Shown: positions 60,294 through 64,000 of the stretch, one piece after another
Layout of the letters: each line of letters begins with the position of its first letter
How positions within the stretch are numbered: position 1 is the first letter of the stretch
NCBI GenBank assembly: GCA_000002435.2
Contig: CM018792.1
Origin: Giardia intestinalis
Taxonomy: Eukaryota
Direction: 5' to 3' (one strand)
DNA: 64,000 bases
The notes under the pieces: generated by a model
What the model was told of the DNA's origin: nothing
The model's input: only the letters and a program-made list of their open reading frames with translations
The model's database searches: none
Position numbers and translations under genes: made by a program

Positions 60294-61388
60294 TCATGAA
60301 CATCCGGCAGGTCCGTGACACCCCATAAACCGGCAAGCAGTGGATACAGTTGGCAGATATTCCAGAGATGCCCTTTGCCCGGCTATGTCATTGAGATCCA
60401 TTCGGCAGCGACTCATAGGGAGTGCTGATGCCTTGAAGGAGTTTATCCCGCTAGAAAAGTTGTTGAACATGACGCGCGCCTCCTCTGCCTCTTGTTCGCG
60501 CCTCTGCTGCTTCTCCCACTCTGAGAGACACCGCCTTTGTTTTGGCGGCTCCACAAAGAGCTCTCGCTTTATCGGTTGTATAGTTTCATGATGCCACTCA
60601 GAGTAGCCAGGCTTAAAGACATTTTCAGGATGATTGGGGTATCTAGGGTACTTGAGTATAGTTGCGTTAGGTCCGAACTTCCTTGTGCTTCTGTCTCTCC
60701 CATCGTGGGTTGCGCAGTACGGATCAAACATGGTAGTGCAGTGTTCTCGTATTACCGCCTCTGTTTCAGCGGGATACTCGATTTCTTGCCGAACGCAGAG
60801 TCCAGTATTCGACCTTGGCTGTGTTTCTGTCTTTGCCGCTAGTGGTTGGGGCAAGCGCTGCTTGGACGTCCGCGAACATGGAGGCTTGTATTCGAAGTCA
60901 AGGGGGTTTAGCACTGTGCCTATATTTATTTCACCGGTCCTGCTCGGCGCGGAATCTTGGTCCAGTAGCATTGTTGCATTCGGTGTCAGGGGCCGCCCTT
61001 GGGCCTTTTGTGACTCTGTACCCCACTCCTGTGCCTTGAGGCTTTGGGTGTCCGGAATGCCTTGAGATTGTTTCATTGTAGGGCGGTGAGAGCTGAGGAG
61101 GCGGCCGGTTTCCTCAGCAGTGAGGGAGCTGGTCACGACTGGGGTCCTGGGAGGCTCTTTCAAAGGAATAGTATTCATAATAAGCTCTCTGTAGTTAGTT
61201 GGGGTGCGGTGTATATTTGTCCGGACCCGATGGGTATACAGCTGTTGTTGGAACGGGATGCATTTGTAAGGCAAATGGGGGAATGTTATACACTGTGCGC
61301 AGTTGCAAGGTCCCCCTTGATACCCGCATCCGTGATTCTTAGCATTCAGAGGCGACGGCCCGTTATAGCTCATTTTTTGAATTATCAT
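60294..61388 (-). CDS. Hypothetical protein
   Basis: Position 61484 is TTG; the first ATG is at 61388, with an AT-rich context (aaaaatttatcgctaATG). Confidence 0.4.
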   Translation of the reverse strand: MIIQKMSYNGPSPLNAKNHGCGYQGGPCNCAQCITFPHLPYKCIPFQQQLYTHRVRTNIHRTPTNYRELIMNTIPLKEPPRTPVVTSSLTAEETGRLLSSHRPTMKQSQGIPDTQSLKAQEWGTESQKAQGRPLTPNATMLLDQDSAPSRTGEINIGTVLNPLDFEYKPPCSRTSKQRLPQPLAAKTETQPRSNTGLCVRQEIEYPAETEAVIREHCTTMFDPYCATHDGRDRSTRKFGPNATILKYPRYPNHPENVFKPGYSEWHHETIQPIKRELFVEPPKQRRCLSEWEKQQRREQEAEEARVMFNNFSSGINSFKASALPMSRCRMDLNDIAGQRASLEYLPTVSTACRFMGCHGPAGCS

Positions 61389-61559
61389 TAGCGATAAATT
61401 TTTGCGCAAAGTTGCGCTTTCGGATACTGTGGGCCGAGAACCATAGCCTAAGCGTTTACTGTGAATTGACGGAGTATAGTACAAAGGCTACCAGTTTTCA
61501 GTTAGTGGACTTGGCGCACTCAATCCATTAATAGGGTATAAGCATGGTTGAGAAGGTTA

Positions 61560-62915
61560 TTACGTGTTTGAAAGAAGCCGGGGATTATATACAGTATTGT
61601 CCAGAAGGGTTTTGACGGTTCTGGCTGCTTCACGGTATTCAACAAATCGTGCCTTGGACGGTTGGGAAGAAAGGTCTGTCGTTGCTGGCCGTACTTCAAA
61701 AACCGGCGACTCAGCGAAGTAGAGGTTTTTAGATATCCGAGTTCTGTCTGGGTCTCTGTCGTGCTGAAGCCCAAGAGACTCTCGAAGACAGTCGCGCTCA
61801 AGAATCTTCAAGCGGCGAGATTTTTCATCAGCCATTTGCTTTAGCGTGGTCAAGCAGGCCTCCTCGCGCCCCCACATATCCATCCGCTGGTTCTGATCTC
61901 GCTGTAAAGAGTTAACTATCCTTTGTTGCTCATTCATAAACCACTGATGCTTCTTATCTGCTTTCGGATCTCTAGAGAGATACTGCCGGCGCCAGGCGTC
62001 GTATTTTGGATTAGACTCTACGAGGGATGAAGTACTGCGGCCCAGGGTTCCCGTTGGCGTGCAACACTTACAATACCCTGTGTCATTGTTGTCTAAGGAA
62101 GGCGTAGAGTGGTCAGAAAGGTCTATCTTATCTACTGGCACGTCAGCATTTTCGGTGGTACAATTGTTAGAACAGGGCAGGGCATCACTCTCCCTAGTAG
62201 TCTTTGCGTTAGACGTATTTATCATAGGACACTTGAATGGGAAGCTTTTAGTGAGGTCCTTGCAGCATAGAGAGCCTTGGCGCACATTCGGAGGCACACA
62301 TATCGCCTTCGTTAGTTTGCTGGAGCACGGTACCGGCGGATTGCAGTCGAGATGGCAGTTGAATTGCTCAAAAGAAGGGAGAGTTGTACGCAATCCGCCT
62401 AGCTTGGACCCATCTGACCTGTAAACCTGTGGGTGTGTGCGTGGTTTGCTCTGTAACACCGTGCCGTCTGCTAAGTAAGTTCGCCGCGAAGTATCTCCTC
62501 CACAGGCCTCTGCGCGGACAAGATTGCGAAACATGACTTGCTGTGCCTGGAAGTCAGAGTCGTCCTTATTCAGTTCCCAAAGGCGATGGCATGCATTGCG
62601 CCTAGCATAATCCTTGTAGTCACTCTCAAGATAGGCTAGTCGCTTTCCAGTGCTATACAGGTCGTGGCCAATGTGTCTCATCCGCTTTTGCATACATGTG
62701 CATCCCTCGTAGCAGCCGTTGTCACACTTGGGGCACTTTCCAGCGTGTGTTGCATAACAGTATTCCGGGGGGATCATTCGCTTTTTAAGATTTGCCGCCA
62801 TGGTGTAGCCTCTGCGCATTAATTTACTCATGTCCATACAATCACAAAGAGAGCTTGTGTACATCACTTTGCTGCGGAAGGGGGGAGATCCTTGCAGTCC
62901 CAAATGCTCTTGCAT
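61560..62915 (-). CDS. Hypothetical Cys-rich protein
   Basis: 451 aa. Its first 52 nt overlap the 3' end of the upstream gene. An alternative ATG at 62864 would form a TGATG junction with the upstream stop. Confidence 0.4.
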   Translation of the reverse strand: MQEHLGLQGSPPFRSKVMYTSSLCDCMDMSKLMRRGYTMAANLKKRMIPPEYCYATHAGKCPKCDNGCYEGCTCMQKRMRHIGHDLYSTGKRLAYLESDYKDYARRNACHRLWELNKDDSDFQAQQVMFRNLVRAEACGGDTSRRTYLADGTVLQSKPRTHPQVYRSDGSKLGGLRTTLPSFEQFNCHLDCNPPVPCSSKLTKAICVPPNVRQGSLCCKDLTKSFPFKCPMINTSNAKTTRESDALPCSNNCTTENADVPVDKIDLSDHSTPSLDNNDTGYCKCCTPTGTLGRSTSSLVESNPKYDAWRRQYLSRDPKADKKHQWFMNEQQRIVNSLQRDQNQRMDMWGREEACLTTLKQMADEKSRRLKILERDCLRESLGLQHDRDPDRTRISKNLYFAESPVFEVRPATTDLSSQPSKARFVEYREAARTVKTLLDNTVYNPRLLSNT

Positions 62916-63766
62916 GTCCTCTGGCCCATATATTCGATGTCATGCCTGTAAGGGACAGTCGCGTGACTAGATATCTGCTCATTAAAGTCTGCTTCATACG
63001 CTCTCACCATTCCTAGGCGACCCTTCGTGGCGAGGACAGTCTTAGGTATGCCCTTACGTTCCTCGTTCAATAGCCGACGAAGCTCCTCGTTATCCTCTAG
63101 GAGAGCTATCTCTTGTGCGCGGAGGTCCTGGACAAGTTGTTCTTTCTGAAGGCGGTCGCGGTTGAGTTCGTCCATCTCGCAGATGTTCCGCTCTCGGGCT
63201 TCTCGTACCTTATTGCCCATCTTCATGGTGTAGGCGCGCTTAAGATCCAAGCTATCGAGCGTCTCCTGGAGCCTATCCGACTTTACCTGGGTCAGATAAG
63301 CATCGCGCCGTACACGAAGATCCTCCAGCTGCTCCTTAGAATCTTGCCGCACGTCTGCAGCGAGTTGCTTGTTGCGTAGTAAAACATTCTGCCGTGCTGT
63401 ACGTGCTTTGGCAAGAGTCGTGAGCTTGTTTTCTTCGTTCACATCATGTTGGATTTCTATCCCGATCTGCTTGGCAATCCTACGATCTGTACGCTCTAGT
63501 TCGTCTTGCAAGTGTCTCTGTTTCCGACGGACGGCCTCCACCTTCAATCTCTTTAGCAGCTCTATCTCGTCCTGGATTGCGCGGGCATCCCGGATAAGAT
63601 GGTTTCTGTGCGAGTTGAGAGCTTTAATCGTAGTATCTGCTTCCCGGACAGCGTGCTTTGTCTGGCTAGCATAGCTGGTATGGAGGTATGGATCGTGGGC
63701 AGGCTTCCACGGCTTTAGAGGCGCAGTGTGCATTTTTGATTCAGTATTACTTTCAATTAGCCGCAT
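62864..63766 (-). CDS. Coiled-coil protein
   Basis: 300 aa with a true ATG. Long heptad region, rich in Arg/Glu/Leu. Confidence 0.45.
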   Translation of the reverse strand: MRLIESNTESKMHTAPLKPWKPAHDPYLHTSYASQTKHAVREADTTIKALNSHRNHLIRDARAIQDEIELLKRLKVEAVRRKQRHLQDELERTDRRIAKQIGIEIQHDVNEENKLTTLAKARTARQNVLLRNKQLAADVRQDSKEQLEDLRVRRDAYLTQVKSDRLQETLDSLDLKRAYTMKMGNKVREARERNICEMDELNRDRLQKEQLVQDLRAQEIALLEDNEELRRLLNEERKGIPKTVLATKGRLGMVRAYEADFNEQISSHATVPYRHDIEYMGQRTCKSIWDCKDLPPSAAK

Positions 63767-63816
63767 TAATTTTAACTTTTATTGCACAGAAGAAGTCGAA
63801 GAAAAAGTAAAAGGAT

Positions 63817-64000
63817 ATGTTTAAACAGGGCGGGAAGCAGGGGCCCGTTGTCGAAAAGCGTCCAAAGAACTGTCCTAATGATGGCTTCCTGGGCTCCACC
63901 CTTACTATTGGGGGACGCTCCTTGCTAGTCACTAAGTTTTTGGCACAGGGAGGATTTGCCTTTGTCTACGTAGCAACGAACCCCATGAACGTGAACGAGG
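63817..64000 (+). CDS. Ser/Thr protein kinase, NAK (AAK1/GAK-like) family. N-terminus only; the gene runs off the right edge.
   Basis: ATG at 63817 in the context gtaaaaggatATG. Translation MFKQGGKQGPVVEKRPKNCPNDGFLGSTLTIGGRSLLVTKFLAQGGFAFVYVATNPMNVNE. The glycine loop LAQGGFAFVY is typical of GAK/AAK1-type kinases. Confidence 0.5.
   Translation, partial: MFKQGGKQGPVVEKRPKNCPNDGFLGSTLTIGGRSLLVTKFLAQGGFAFVYVATNPMNVNE

Overview
This 64-kb window looks like diplomonad (Giardia-type) nuclear DNA, not a prokaryotic locus. Three things in the sequence support that. First, the 864-aa ORF at 41872..44466 (-) has a signal peptide, dense CXXC content and the invariant ...GGLVGFLCWWFICRGKA* tail of Giardia variant-specific surface proteins (VSPs). 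Second, there is a NEK-type kinase fused to ankyrin repeats carrying the Giardia-typical 'G.TALM.AA' motif. Third, AGTRAAY polyadenylation motifs sit 2-25 nt after several stop codons, and most start codons have A/T-rich contexts. About 45 intron-poor protein genes are packed on both strands, with spacers often under 100 bp and several overlaps. I saw no rRNA, tRNA, transposon or CRISPR features.

The ORF track uses bacterial-style alternative starts. Many listed 'M' positions are really GTG or TTG (for example 1429, 1899, 23740, 39963, 51810, 48302). I re-anchored those CDSs on the first in-frame ATG.

The main observations are:
- A 29-nt Giardia-type spliceosomal intron (GTATGTT...CTAACACCCAG) splits the Rpn10/PSMD4 gene, which the ORF track misses.
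- The VSP carries 14.4 near-identical 114-bp (38-aa) tandem repeats.
- A roughly 72% GC island (baseline is about 47%) holds three ciliary genes in a row: a DNAAF4/DYX1C1-like gene, IFT52, and a Tctex dynein light chain.
- A NEK-ankyrin gene is broken by a 1-nt frameshift in an A4 run.
- Several head-to-head gene pairs have only 7-67 nt between their ATGs.
- The Tctex gene's reading frame stays open 18 codons upstream of its first ATG.

Proteins I could recognise are: MATE transporter (partial), Mre11-like phosphoesterase, GLTP, CDC123, a Myb-like factor, an LRR protein, a PHO80-like cyclin, myotubularin, a WD40 protein, an endosulfine-like protein, RPS26, a YjeF_N/NAXE protein, PAP2, a giant Fused/ULK-like kinase, TRM1, an NHL-repeat protein and a NAK-family kinase (partial). 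Many of the remaining ORFs are hypothetical.
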